In this document: piece by piece, positions 48,896-62,777 of the stretch
Numbering within the stretch: position 1 is the stretch's first letter
Layout of the letters: the number at the start of each line of letters is the position of its first letter
Assembly: GCA_964016885.1 (NCBI GenBank)
Contig: OZ024755.1
Span: forward strand, 17,422,001 to 17,486,000
DNA: 64,000 bases
DNA from: Eledone cirrhosa
Lineage: Eukaryota
Reading direction: 5' to 3'
Made by a program: the position numbers and the translations under genes
Notes under the pieces: model-generated
What the model saw: the letters and a program-made list of their open reading frames with translations, nothing else
What the model was told of the DNA's origin: nothing
The model's database searches: none

Positions 48896-51301
48896 TCTTA
48901 GTTTACATTATCATAGGTAGATACACAGCGGGAAATCTAGACAAGTTATCCAGCCTCTAAAATATATTACCCTCTGTTCTATACTGTGACACTGTCAAAT
49001 ATATTTAGCTTTCAGTATCTAAGTTTACAGTATTGTAGGTAGATACACAGGGGGAAATCTAGACAAGTTATCCAGCCTATAAAATATTTATGCCTCACCC
49101 TCTCTGCTTCACTGTGTTATTGATGACGATACTTAGCTTTCACTATATTAATTCACCTGGTCGTAAATAGCTACAATGTAGAAGTAGAATTCACTATTAT
49201 GTATATAGAGGAGACGGTGTTATTGATGGTTATCCTGTTAGTATGTTATATTCAGTTAGAATCTATCCAAGCAAAAACTTTCTATAGACTAACATCACAT
49301 TCAAAGATAAGGAGAGAATGAGATGCAGAGAGAGATTGGAGATATTTTTACCACTGTTTAATACCATAAAAGTTAGGATTAACTTCGACTCATTGCAATA
49401 CATTAGTAATATCAAATATTAATTCCCTGTTAGGAAATCAGTGAAGAATGAGTTGACAGAATTGTGTATATAATCTGATGCTTATATATACTACATGTAA
49501 CATCAGTATAAAATTACTAGTACTTGGTGACAGTAATAGCAACAGTTAAATATGGATCATAGAGGTCCTGGTAGTCAATGGGTAGTATGGTGGTGGCGAT
49601 AGTCGTATCACTGGTAGCAACAGTGTTGGTGGTTGTGGTGGTGGATGGTTGAAGTTTTTGGTTATTGTTGCCAGATATAGCACAACATTCAATAAAACTG
49701 GATACATCTATCATGTACGACACTGCAATGAAAGATTTACTTGAAATATTTGATGTCTAAGAATAAACAATTTCTCACAATAATTAATTCAGTTTTCCTT
49801 GCTGTAATGTTTTTATTGATTTCTCTCGTTCTTTTGCTATTATTTTCGATATTATCTGTTACTTCTCCAGTTCAGTACATATCTGGAACAGACAGAAATT
49901 TCATGCATTGTTTGACATATATTTTTTTGGCTTCTTTTGATAATGTGAGATTTTTATCACAGTATTCCTGGTATAGTGATTAAGTGAAGCAAAAAAACTA
50001 ATTCAGTTTGTAACCAAACTGTTGGCTATGTATTCTAGTTTCGCAGTTATTGGAGTCCCAGAACAGCTTTAAATGGTTAAATCTGTATAAGTTCAACTAT
50101 TAGGATCTAGTGAAGCATTTTAGAAATATTCTACTATCTCTGCACAATTTCCTCCTGTTGACAAATATTAAATTTTTTAAAATGTAATAAACTCTTTTAA
50201 AGGTCAGGTTATAAAATGATCTTGTCATAAACAAAGTCCATTGTTCCAAAACTAAATTGTATTTTACAAATTATTTTATCCCCCATCCTTCACCTCTACT
50301 CCTTGTATTTTCTAAATATAGTATAGCTAGAATGTTTATGGCAAATTACAACAGTTGTATCTATTGTTGAGGTAGTAAACTGTTGTTTCTACATCCAGGC
50401 TTTTCAACACCAAGAGCGTCTTTCTATTTTTGAGCTCCAATGAAAGAAGATAAATATATCAATGATACTTGCGTCCAGACATAATACAATGGATGTCAGT
50501 GAATTTGAACTTATTATAATTTATGAGATCTTATTGGTTCAGTCATCAGCATCATCATCATCATCAGCATCATCTTATGTCTGCTTTCCTTACAGTCATG
50601 GGTTGAATGGGTCATTTACACCTCAAGTCAGTAATTATTTGGATTTTCTGCCTTCCTAGACAGGTTGTAGGACCATGTCTTACTTACATATTTCATTTTG
50701 GTATAGTTTCTATCATTGGATTTCCATCCTCACACCAATTATTTTACAGAGTGTACTGGGTGCATTTTATCAAGGCACCAGTGCTTGAGAGGTTGCCATA
50801 TCTTTGGCAAGACAGAAGAATTCTATTGATCACCAAAACATCCTACAGAGTGTACTGGGTGCATTTTATCAAGGCACCAGCACTGGAGAGGTTGCCATGT
50901 CTTTAGAAGACTAAAAAGTTCTATTGATCCTCAACCACTTTACAGAGTGTACTGGGTGTATTTTATCATGGCCTTTTTGTCGTGAATATGATAATGAAAC
51001 AATGGGCAGTAGAAAAATAAAATGAACTAAAACAAAAGATGGACAATCCTCTGAATAGAAATAATATTTCATGCCCCCACCACACACACACACACTCACA
51101 TGCACCCCTATGTCTCCCCACAGGCTCCCCCCCCCCCAAAGAAATCATAGAAAACAGAAAACAAAATGAAGTCTTGACATACTAAACCTATGTTTGAGTA
51201 AACCAATATTTTATGTATAAATATGAAAGTTGTAAGGTAACTTAACGATTTGTGAAATTCATTGTCACCTTTATTTACCTGGGAGTAAATGTCCCTATCT
51301 A

Positions 51302-51361
<60 letters not shown>

Positions 51362-51390
51362 ATCTTTCTCTATCTATCTATCTATCTACT

Positions 51391-51430
<40 letters not shown>

Positions 51431-51431
51431 C

Positions 51432-51464
<33 letters not shown>

Positions 51465-51483
51465 AATATATATATATATCTAC

Positions 51484-51557
<74 letters not shown>

Positions 51558-51678
51558 TTCTCTATTTGTCAGTCTATCAATCTATCTATCTTTCTTTCTG
51601 TCTGTCTGTATCTATCTATCTGTCTGTCGGTCTATTTGTCTCTCTCTCTCTATATTTCTATTCTTTCTCTGAATTTCC

Positions 51679-51718
<40 letters not shown>

Positions 51719-51874
51719 CCTCTCTCTGATATCTTCTCTCTGTTCCTCACTTTCTAATACCTTGAAACCTCCCTTCTTTTTCTTTCTTTCTCTCTCTCAC
51801 TCTCTACAAATACATACAAACACCTTTATGTATATATAAGTGTTTATGTAAAAGCTGTTTGTATAATGCACATA

Positions 51875-52187
51875 CATCATCATCATCATCGTTTAACGTC
51901 CATCTTCCACGCTAGCATGGGTTTAGACGGGCGTTGTCCCACTTGAAGCAAGACTGGTCGGGTGACCGTGTCTCGCTCTTATAGGACTATCTGGCAGGTT
52001 TTCTACAGCTGGATGCCCTTCCTAACACCAACCACATTTACAGTGTGGAACTGGGAACTTTTTACCGTGTTATCTACACGGCCACATTACAACAGTGGAC
52101 TGTGTGTTTTTGTTTTGTCGTGACACCTCCACAATCTCGATCTCATTATCTCATTTATTTTGACTGGATGTTGTGGTACCAACTTAC
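51875..52187 (-). mobile_element. 5'-truncated copy of the composite RTE element
   Basis: reverse-complement match to the 3' extension. Confidence 0.78.
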
Positions 52188-52194
52188 CTATATA

Positions 52195-52410
52195 TCATTT
52201 TCATTTTCATTTCATTTTACGTCCACTTTTTCCCTGCTTGCAAGGGTGGGACGGGAACTGATTCTGGCTGGATTTCTACAGCTGGATGCCCTTCCTAACA
52301 CCAACCTCATTTACAGTGAGTGCTGGGTGCTTTTTTTGCCGTGGCACCTCCACGACCACTTTGCAGTGGAATGATATGGACCCCAGTCCCTATCATCTCA
52401 TTTCTACAGC
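52195..52410 (-). mobile_element. SINE B, 3' portion
   Basis: reverse-complement match. Confidence 0.8.
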
Positions 52411-52434
52411 TATATATATATATTTGGACTGGAT

Positions 52435-52598
52435 GCCGTTTCGACAGCTATTTCTAGACTGGTCTAGAAATAGCCATCAAAATGGCTTGTACTCTGCCGT
52501 CAGGGTCATACATTTTCCTATTACCCACTCTACTACCCTAAGTATTGAGTACTCTGGTGTGTTATGGTCCATCTGGTTCCTTACCACAATTCCTTCAT

Positions 52599-52600
<2 letters not shown>
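52435..52600 (+). mobile_element. Fold-back element, family L
   Basis: hairpin gctatttctagac-tg-gtctagaaatagc, then (g/a)aaatggc..gccgtc and family tail. Confidence 0.6.
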
Positions 52601-52633
<33 letters not shown>

Positions 52634-52689
52634 GTATATGTGTGTGTGTAGTGGTTTCCCAAGACAATGTTAGTTCAAGAACCATTGTT

Positions 52690-52970
52690 GATTTTTCTTT
52701 GTTGCTGCTGGTGTTGATATTGTTGTTGGTGGTGTTTTATTGTTGTTGCTGGTAGTGTTATTGTTGGGGATATTTGTGGTGGTGTTGTTGATGGTTTAGT
52801 TTGTATTGTTGTTGTTGGTGGTGGTGGTGGTGGTGGTGGTGTTGTTGTTAGTTGTGGTGTTGTTGCTGGTGATGTTGTTGTTGTTAGTTGTGGTGTAATT
52901 GTTGGTGGTGGTGTTGTTGTTGGGGATATTTGTGGTGGTGTTGTTGGTGTAGTTTGTGTTGTTGTTGTTG

Positions 52971-53022
<52 letters not shown>

Positions 53023-53256
53023 GGATGTTGTTGTTAGTTGTGGTGTAATTGTTGGTGGTGGTGTTGTTGTTAGTTGTGGTGTAATTGTTGGTGGTGGTGT
53101 TGTTGTTGTTGGTTGTGGTGTAATTGTTGGTAGTGGTGTTGTTGTTGTTAGTTGTGGTGTTATTGTTGGTGGTATTGGTGGTGGTGGTGTTATTGCTGGT
53201 GGCGTTGCTGTTGTTGCTGGTATTATTGTTGTTGCTGTTGGTGTTGGTGTTGGTGA
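52690..53256. repeat. GTT/GGT-rich trinucleotide array including a (GCT)n run
   Basis: direct reading. Confidence 0.92.
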
Positions 53257-53611
53257 TATTTTTGACGTTTGTTTCCACACTATGCAACAGCAACATTATT
53301 GTTGAATTAATGAAGCCTTATTGGACATACAACAGCTTCTTACAACTTGTCACCAAGCAAAACTATTTGTATTACACTGGAAACTTGGTGAAAAACACAC
53401 GGGAGGTGTTGAAAGACTTGCTTCTACATTGCTGCACTTTATCAATGGTAATACATATTGTTTTCTGCATGTATGCATACATGCAGACATATATTTGTGT
53501 GTGTGTGTATATGTGTGTATATGTGTGTGTGTTTTATGTATGTGCATATCTGCAGACATACTTATATAACCATAAAAGTAGACAGACATAAATCCAAACA
53601 CAGACACACAC

Positions 53612-53658
<47 letters not shown>

Positions 53659-53664
53659 CATACT

Positions 53665-53698
<34 letters not shown>

Positions 53699-53932
53699 GA
53701 TACACACATGTACACATGTATATATATGTATATATATATATATATATATGTATGTATATATATATACATATGTATATATCATCATCATCATCGTTTAATG
53801 TCCATATATATACACATGTATATATGTATATATATATGCATGTATATATGTATATATGTATATATATATATACACATGTATATATGTATATATATGTATA
53901 TATACACGCATGTGTATATGTATATATATATA

Positions 53933-53976
<44 letters not shown>

Positions 53977-54786
53977 TGTATATATATGTATATACCCGTG
54001 CAAGCAAGGAAAAGCGGACGTAAAATGATGATGTTGATGATGTATGTAGATATATACATATATACACACATAGACATACTCCTGTAGTTTTATTTAAGGT
54101 TGACATATACAAAATAAAGTTCTCAGTATCCCAGTAAGTAGAGGATACTATATTCTATATTCAGTTATTAGTTTTTTTGTAAAATTTTGTAAAACAAATA
54201 TCACTGAATAAATAATATATGGTCAGGATTTTACAAATCTATATCTATCTATCTATCTATCTATCTCTCCCTATATATCATAAATGTTTATATATATATA
54301 TATATTAGGAAGGGCATCCAGCTGTAGAAAACCTGCCAGACAGTCCTATACGAGCAAGACAACCAATCTTACCTCAAGTTGGACAATTCCCGTCCAAACC
54401 CATGCTAGCTTGGAAGATAGACATTAAATGATGATGATAATGATGATGATAATGGGAGATGGGTAGAAAAAAAGAGATATAGAAGATAGTAATGGATGGC
54501 TAGACTGATAGACAGATGGACAGTAGGATATAAAATAAGAAAAATGTGCAACAAATTATATCTGATTATTAAATTACTAGTGATGACATCATGTCCGAAC
54601 AGTATATCAATAGAGTCAATCAAATCCTTCTACCCCATAGCTTGTATTGCATGTAGGAGGTATAATTGTAAGACAAAGATTTATCTAAAGATTAAAACCA
54701 GATTCAAGACATGCCTAGAAGGAAAACTCTATACATTTACTCAACATGATCTAAATAGCAATCAAATACCTCTTGGATCATATCTC

Positions 54787-55136
54787 AACCCTTTAGCATT
54801 TAAACCGGCCATATCCGACCAGAATTTTCTCATTGTTTTCTGTTCAAACCAGCCATAAGTGGCTGCTCATACTGACATTTAGGTATTGTTCTAAAAAAGA
54901 TCATATCTCAACCCTTTAGCATTTAAACCGGCTGTATCTGGCCAGAATTTTCTCACCACTTTCTGTTCAAACCAGCCGTAACTGGCTGCTCATACTGACA
55001 TTAAAGTATTGGTTTCGAAATAAATAACATCAAAATCTTGTCAATTTGATATTCTGTGAGATAATCATGTAAGATAAAACCTTTACCACAAAAATACAAT
55101 AGTATATATAGAGTAATGTAAATGCTAAAGGGTTAA
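54787..55136. mobile_element. piggyBac-type MITE with ~123-bp duplicated left end
   Basis: gatcatatctcaaccctttagcattt at ~54776 and ~54899; right TIR plus TTAA. Confidence 0.8.
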
Positions 55137-55627
55137 CATAGCAACTCTTAATATCATGTAATGATTTAGAAGAAAATATCTAAAAACTAGGTTGGCTAAT
55201 ATAAATGTTTATAGTATTTGTATTACTGGTCAGATTATTGTGAACATTTGCAGTATTGGAGTAAGCTCTTGAATTTTTCCCATGGTGCTGTCATTGTATC
55301 GTTTCATTATTTTCAAAAATGGTCTTGCTAATGTGGTTCCATGTGGTACAGGACATTAAGAATTAAAACTAAGAGTGGGGCGGGCACATTTTTAGATAGT
55401 GCAGCTTAAGATATAAAACATTCACAGCTAAAACACCTACACAATCTGAGCTGACCTAGAGCTTAGTAACAACAACAACAACAGCAGCAACAACAGTCAG
55501 GTCATAGTGTTCTGTGTAGGTTTCCATAATAGATTTTGTATAGCTTTATGTCAGATCTTAATATCATTGTCTGATTGACAGGTCAACTATGACTTTGCAT
55601 TATCATACTCTCAGGTATTATTATATG

Positions 55628-56033
55628 CAGCGGTGAATTGGCAGTATCGGTAGAGGGTTGGACGCCATGCATTCTAGCATAGTTACGTCCCTTTACAGTC
55701 TGAGTTCAAATCCCGCCGAGGTTAACTTTGCCTTTCATCCTTACGGGGTCGATAAAATAAAGTACCAGTAATGTACTGTGTAATTGCTGGCCTTGTGCCT
55801 AAAGTAGAAACAATTATTATATGCAGCATATAATAATCCAGGGCAGTGAATTGGCAGTATCGATAGAGCGTCAGACACCATGCTTTGTAGCATAGAGTTA
55901 TGGCCCTTTACAATCTGAGTTCAGATCCTGCCGAGGTTAACTTTGCCTTTCATCCTTACGGAGTCGATAAAATAAAGTACCAGTAATACACTGTGATAAT
56001 TGCTGGCCTTGTGCCAAAAGTAGAAACAATTGT
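55628..56033 (+). mobile_element. SINE A head-to-tail pair
   Basis: ttatatgcagc occurs before, between and after the copies. Confidence 0.87.
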
Positions 56034-56149
56034 TATATGCAGCATACAAAACCACATTTGTATATTGTAAAAGAAAAGCCTAAAATCTATCTCGAGTCCA
56101 GAGGTTTATGAAGCCAATGCTTATTCCAGTTTCCATGGTGTTAAGCACT

Positions 56150-56404
56150 GATCCGGACATGTGATGCACATGGATGATGATTGCTAGGTGAAGAAGTGCC
56201 AGGAAATCCTAGTGGAAAGAAGCTGTAGTAGAGATGAACCAAGTAAGGCCTGAACGGAGGTTGTGAGAGCTGATCTCAAATTAGTGAGACTCACAGAAGA
56301 GATGACAAAGGAATCCGACAAGCGGAGAGATGCCGTGATGAAAAGGATCCATCCAATCCATGCAAGCATGGAAAAATGGTCATAAAAACGATGATGATGA
56401 TGAT
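56150..56404 (+). mobile_element. RTE 3' fragment
   Basis: GHVMHMDDDC*VKKCQEI..., homologous to 40813-41050. Confidence 0.8.
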
Positions 56405-56833
56405 ATGGTAATCAGAATACTCCTCTTGAATATGATAAGAGAACTTATCTAGATTTTTTTACTTAGTCTACACAGTTGAAATGGTTGGCTGAGTGATGTA
56501 CTGACTTACCTTCTTATCCATGGATGGCAAGTTCTAATCTGCCAGCAGGAGTTTTGTTATGTTTCTTGGCAGAATACTTAATTCCATATAACTCAGGTCA
56601 CATAGCTGTTTGAAATCAATAATAACAAATCAATAAGACTGATGATCATCTATTGATAGATATCTCTAGTGTCAAAAGGTCAAACAGCTGTCTCTATTCA
56701 TTGTGCTAATGAGCTGAATATAAATAGTCAGTCATAAATATTCCACCCTTGCAAGCAGGGAAGAGCGGACGTAAAATGATGATGATGATGATATAGATAT
56801 ATATACACACACACATATATGTATGTGTGTGTG

Positions 56834-56881
<48 letters not shown>

Positions 56882-57101
56882 ATATATATATATATCATCA
56901 TCATCATTTCATCATCATCATCATATATATAATATATATACATATATATATATAATATATATATATATAATATATATATATCATCATCATTTCATCATCA
57001 TCATCATCATCATATATATAATATATATACATATATATATAATATATATATATATAATATATATATAATATCATCATCATCATTTCATCATCATCATCAT
57101 C

Positions 57102-57133
<32 letters not shown>

Positions 57134-57166
57134 CATATAATATATATATACATATAATATATATAT

Positions 57167-57264
<98 letters not shown>

Positions 57265-57879
57265 CATATTATATATGTATGTGTGTGTGTGTATATGTGA
57301 TATATTACTGTGTGTATATATTAGTGAAGTTTTCTCTATGAATGCAAGACATCCAATACAAGCCTAAGATATAGAAATGAATTCAAGTAACAAATATATG
57401 TCTTTGATGTAATGAATCTTTCATTTTTATGTGAGATGTCTTGAAAGAGGGGACATACGTGCTTTATTTACCCTTTGTCAATTATATGTCTTTGATTTTT
57501 AAGATTGCACACTTTGGCTTAACACTTTTATGACCATATATCATTAGAAATACTCTCTATTTCAATTCATTATTGAAGAATTTTAAGGGACTTACTGAAA
57601 TGATTATTTCATTGCTCAGATATGGTTCGTGTATGGGGTGGGGAAGAGGCCAGGGTACACACATGATGGTTATACATATAAATTTAGTGGTGTAATTTGG
57701 GGGAGATTTATCTACTATTTGTAACAGTTGGGGGAAATGTTGTAAAATTTAGTCTTTGATACATTATGTGTGGCTAAGTGACAGACTGGATAGTCACAGC
57801 TCAAATACTTTTGATCATAGGTTTGCTTGATCAGAGCTGATCTGGGGCAAAGCAACAACAGCATGCAAATATGTATATA

Positions 57880-58288
57880 CCGTATTTCCCAGCGCCAAAG
57901 ATGCTTCGTCCTCAAGGACGCACTCTAATTTTGACAACCAAAAATTTGAAAAAAATAATTGTTTCTACTTTAGGCACAAGGCCAGCAATTACCCAGTGCA
58001 TTACTGGTACTTTATTTTATCATTTTATCGACCCCGTAAGGATGAAAGGCAAAGTTAACCTCGACAGGATTTGAACTCAGACCGTAAAGGGACTTAACTA
58101 TGCTGGAAATCATGGTGTCCGACCCTCTACCGATACTGCCAATCCACCGCCCTTTGAAAAAAATTTGAAAAAAATCTGAAAAAAATTTGAAAAAAATAAT
58201 AAATAACCTTTGGCTTCCAGGATGCATTGGTAGATTTTTTAGGATTATTTTAGGAAAAAAGTAGCATCTTCGACACCGGGAAATACAG
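57880..58288. mobile_element. Tc2/pogo-like MITE (related copy 21010-21150)
   Basis: TA-ccgtatttccc...gggaaatacag-TA. Confidence 0.72.
57958..58152 (-). mobile_element. SINE A inserted in a Tc2/pogo-like MITE
   Basis: reverse-complement match; tttgaaaaaaat duplicated on both sides. Confidence 0.85.
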
Positions 58289-58641
58289 TATGTGTTTATA
58301 TATATTTGAAACTATACAGACTCACACCGGGTATCAAAGCAAGAGGAAAAAGATTTAGTTTGCATTGAGTAGCCTTTTTGGTCTACAACATTGTGTTTCT
58401 GTGAGGTTGATGTGAGCAAGCTCAAGAATCACTCATTGGATCACAAACTTTAGCTAAACTACTGTAAAAGATAGATAGCTTAAAGCTTCATTAATTCCAT
58501 GCCATAAAATGTTTTTTACTGCCTATTACTGCATGGTGGTTATCTTTTTACTTCACATAAATGATATATATATAAATGTGTTAACTGGAGAGAACCAAGG
58601 GATGTTGATGATGTTGTTGTTGATGATGATGATGATGGTGG

Positions 58642-58697
<56 letters not shown>

Positions 58698-58850
58698 TTT
58701 CTACTTTTGGCACAAGGCCAGAATTTACCCCATACATATATACACATATATATATATACATACATATATACACATATATACACATATACACATATATATA
58801 TATACATACATATATATACATATATATATATATATACATATATATATATT

Positions 58851-58884
<34 letters not shown>

Positions 58885-59089
58885 TCACAAAGAAAATGTG
58901 GTAAGTAACCAGGTGGACCATAACGCACCAAAGTACTCAATACTTAGGGTAGTAGAGTAGGTAATAGGAACGAGTAGGACCCCGACGGCTGAGCTCAAGC
59001 CGTTTCGACGGCTAATTCTGGACTAAATTAGCCAGAATTAGCCGTCGAAATGGCTTGAGCTCAGCCATCGGGGTCCTACTCGTTCCTAT
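58885..59089 (-). mobile_element. Fold-back element, family L (best copy)
   Basis: hairpin 58964-59089; minus strand gccgtc-GAAA-cggc-ttgagctca-gccg-TC-ggggtcc. Confidence 0.65.
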
Positions 59090-59215
59090 ATATATATATA
59101 TATGTATATATATATAATAATATTATTTATAGTTATGTATACACTATATACAACTATAAACAGGAAAGGTCAGTAAGAAAAAATGTATATTTATATATAT
59201 ACATTATATGTATCT

Positions 59216-59396
59216 CCCAGACCCACACTGTAAATGTGGTTGGTGTTAGGAAGGGCATCCAACTGTAGAAAACCTGCCAGACAGTCCTATGCGAGCAAGA
59301 CAATCACTCTTGCCTCAAGTGGGACTACCCCCGTCCAAACCCATGCAAGCGTGGAACACGGACGTTAAACGTTGATGATGATGATGATGATGATGA
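59216..59396 (+). mobile_element. 3' end of the composite RTE element (similar fragment ~54305-54450)
   Basis: nearly identical to 62445-62620. Confidence 0.8.
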
Positions 59397-59500
59397 TATA
59401 CACACATATACATATATATATATATGGGACGGTTGGAGGGTCACTGATGAAGGACCTACTTTTTCACATGCCCCACCATTTGCCACGGGCAGCCTATTAT

Positions 59501-59562
<62 letters not shown>

Positions 59563-59842
59563 TATATATATATGTATATATATATATATACACATATAAT
59601 GTATGTATATATATATACATATAATATATGTATATATATACATATATATAATGTATGTATATATATAATGTATGTATATATATATATAATGTATGTATAT
59701 ATATATATATATATAATGTATGTGTATATATATATACATATAATGTATGTATATATATATATTTATATATATATATTTATATATACATATAATGTATGTA
59801 TGTATATATATGTATATATACATACATTATATATATATATAC

Positions 59843-59884
<42 letters not shown>

Positions 59885-59889
59885 TATAC

Positions 59890-59936
<47 letters not shown>

Positions 59937-60118
59937 CATATATATATATACATATATATATATACATATATATATATGTAAATAGAGAAGACCCGTCTTA
60001 CCTAAGTACAAAGTGAAACCTACTACAGTCAGTAGGCACCTCTAACAAAATATCATTTTATGTCCGCTTTTTCCCTGCTTGCAGGGGTGAGACTGTATGT
60101 ATATACATATAATGTGTA

Positions 60119-60171
<53 letters not shown>

Positions 60172-60650
60172 GAAAGGTATAGAAAGTATTGTAGCAAGAA
60201 GCCAACAGTATTCCATAATATATAAGTGACTATAGCGTCAAAATGGGAAAATTGTTAACGTAAGATGTGGGAAAAATAATTCAAACTCAATTCAAAAAGA
60301 ATCAGGATATAGATTTATCCAACAGAATTTAGTGAAATCCAGGGAAAAATCAATAGAGCCTTAACTCATGATAAAATAAAGTTTAAAATACTCATCCTTC
60401 AATTTGGGACAACAACAAATGCTCTGTATAGTCTTGAAAAAGACTATTTCACGAAAACTTTCAGTGGAGATGGTCATGGTTGGAATACAAGCATCAGCAG
60501 AGCTGTATATATATATGTATATATATATGTATATATATATACATATATATATACATATATATATACATATATATATACATATATATATACATATATTATA
60601 TGTATGTATATATTATATGTATATATATGTATATATGCATACATTATATG

Positions 60651-60706
<56 letters not shown>

Positions 60707-60970
60707 CATATAATGTATGTATGTATATATATATATATACATACATATAATGTATGTATGTATATATATATATATACATACATATAATATATGTATGTAT
60801 ATATATATATATACACATACATTATATGTATATATATATATACATACATATATATAATATATATATATATATATATAGCAAAATGTATGACCCCGACGGC
60901 AGAGCTCAAGCCGTTTTGACGTTATGGTGCATCTGGTTCCTTACCACAACTTCTTCGTTATATATATACA

Positions 60971-61576
60971 CAGGGTGCAAGATTACTGTCTAGGAAAATA
61001 TAACACAGTAGTTTTATTTTTTAAGATTTATTTATCAAACTTGGGTCAGTTTGTCTTCATGACTTGTTCTTTCGATCTCACTCGATTAACCCGCCATTGG
61101 CTTTGATGACGGCTTCAAGGCGGCCTCGGAACCGGCTACAGGCCTTCATCACTGTCCCCCAACTTAGGATCCTGGCCTTCAGATCGTCTTTCGTATTGCA
61201 GCTAGATCTGTTGGTCTCTCATTGAAGTGAGGTGGCGTGACGTCACCTTGACTGCTGACGACACCTAAGATCAATGTTGTCGCTGGAAACTTTTGTCTGC
61301 ATGACTCTGGGCACATCTTTGGATGAGACAGCGAGCCACTTGTTGTTCTGGGAGTTGATCTTCTGGTCTTATTTGTCCTCCCGGCGCAGATTCCAAGAAG
61401 AACTCCGTGCCTCTTCCACAAATTTGGAGGTTCAAAATTATTCATAATCAATTATTCTGAAAATAAATAATGGAAATATAGTCACTGTTTTTATGAAGAC
61501 AAGAGTGACAATGGAAGTAAAAAAATTTTGCATAATTAGCAGTTGAAAATTGCGAACAAATATCGTCCACACCCTG
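60971..61576 (-). mobile_element. Internally deleted Tc1/mariner (maT/DD37D-like) transposon
   Basis: CAGGGTG/CACCCTG ends; remnants KFPATTLILGVVSSQGDVTPPHF and TNRSSCNTKDDLKA...ACSRFRGRLEAVIKANGGLIE*. Confidence 0.8.
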
Positions 61577-61796
61577 TATATTATGTGTATATTATATTTT
61601 ATGTGTATATATATACCTGTCTTTCTTTTGGGGGAATTAATAAAATAATATAGCAGGAACATTTTTTTAGATGATTGAATTAACTACAGAATATTCTTGC
61701 TCTATGGAATATATAGTCTATAGAGTGAGACTATGATTTATAGACTTGTGTTGAATAAAAAATAATTATTGTACTACATACACTCATATATATATA

Positions 61797-62622
61797 TGAG
61801 AGGCAGGTTGTACGATGCCTGCATACGAACAGCAATGCTGCATGGCAGTGAGACCTGGGCATTGTGTGCAGAGGATATACGCAGACTAGAGAGGAACGAA
61901 GCTTGCATGCTCCGCTGGATGTGTAACAGTAATATACGTGAACGGCAAAGCATAAACGAACTAAGGAATAAATTAGAGATAAGAGGGATCAGATGTTGTT
62001 TACTCGAGAGAAGGCTACGTTGGTATGGACACGTGATGCGCATGAAAGTCGATAGCTGTATAACAAAGTGCAGGGCAATAAAGATAGACGGTAGTCACGG
62101 AATAGGCAGACCTAGAAAAACCTGGGACGAGCTGATAAACTCCGACATCACACACTTACACCTCTCCAAGACAATGTCACTGGACCGAGACCTTTGGCGG
62201 TACTCAGTAACAGAGAAGACCCGCCTTACCTAAATATATAGTAAAACCTACTCCAGCCAGTAGGCATCTCTAACAAATACACCCCGTCCCACCACCCCCA
62301 CCCGATCCACACCACCCCGTTCTATGTAAAGTTATGTTGGTGCCGCGCCATCGAGGCCGAAACAAATGAGATCGTGTAGGTGTCACGACAAAAAAACACA
62401 CAGTCCACGCTGTAATGTGGCCGTGTAGGCAACACGGTAAAAACCTCCCAGACCCACACTGTAAATGTGGTTGGTGTTAGGAAGGGCATCCAACTGTAGA
62501 AAACCTGCCAGACAGTCCTATGCGAGCAAGACAATCACTCTTGCCTCAAGTGGGACTACCCCCGTCCAAACCCATGCAAGCGTGGAACACGGACGTTAAA
62601 CGCTGATGATGATGATGATGAT
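61797..62622 (+). mobile_element. Composite RTE element: RT C-terminus, long 3' extension, second RTE-type tail
   Basis: RGRLYDACIRTAMLHGSETW...GRPRKTW...DRDLWR, stop at 62233, then ~390 nt ending ggacgttaaacg(atg)n. Confidence 0.88.
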
Positions 62623-62647
62623 GATATATATATATATATATATACAC

Positions 62648-62680
<33 letters not shown>

Positions 62681-62741
62681 CATACACACACATTTATATA
62701 TATAAATATAAATCTGTATGTGTATATATATATATATATAC

Positions 62742-62777
<36 letters not shown>

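Noticed and set aside
49675-49767. Terminal-exon-like frame (IAQHSIKLDTSIMYDTAMKDLLEIFDV*) followed by AATAAA
   Set aside because: Needs a phase-1 intron but exon R ends in phase 0; weak pyrimidine tract.
49741-49983. ORF with a hydrophobic stretch as a possible KASH/transmembrane exon
   Set aside because: No PPPX terminus or KASH luminal motif, no in-phase acceptor; T-rich DNA readily gives hydrophobic translations.
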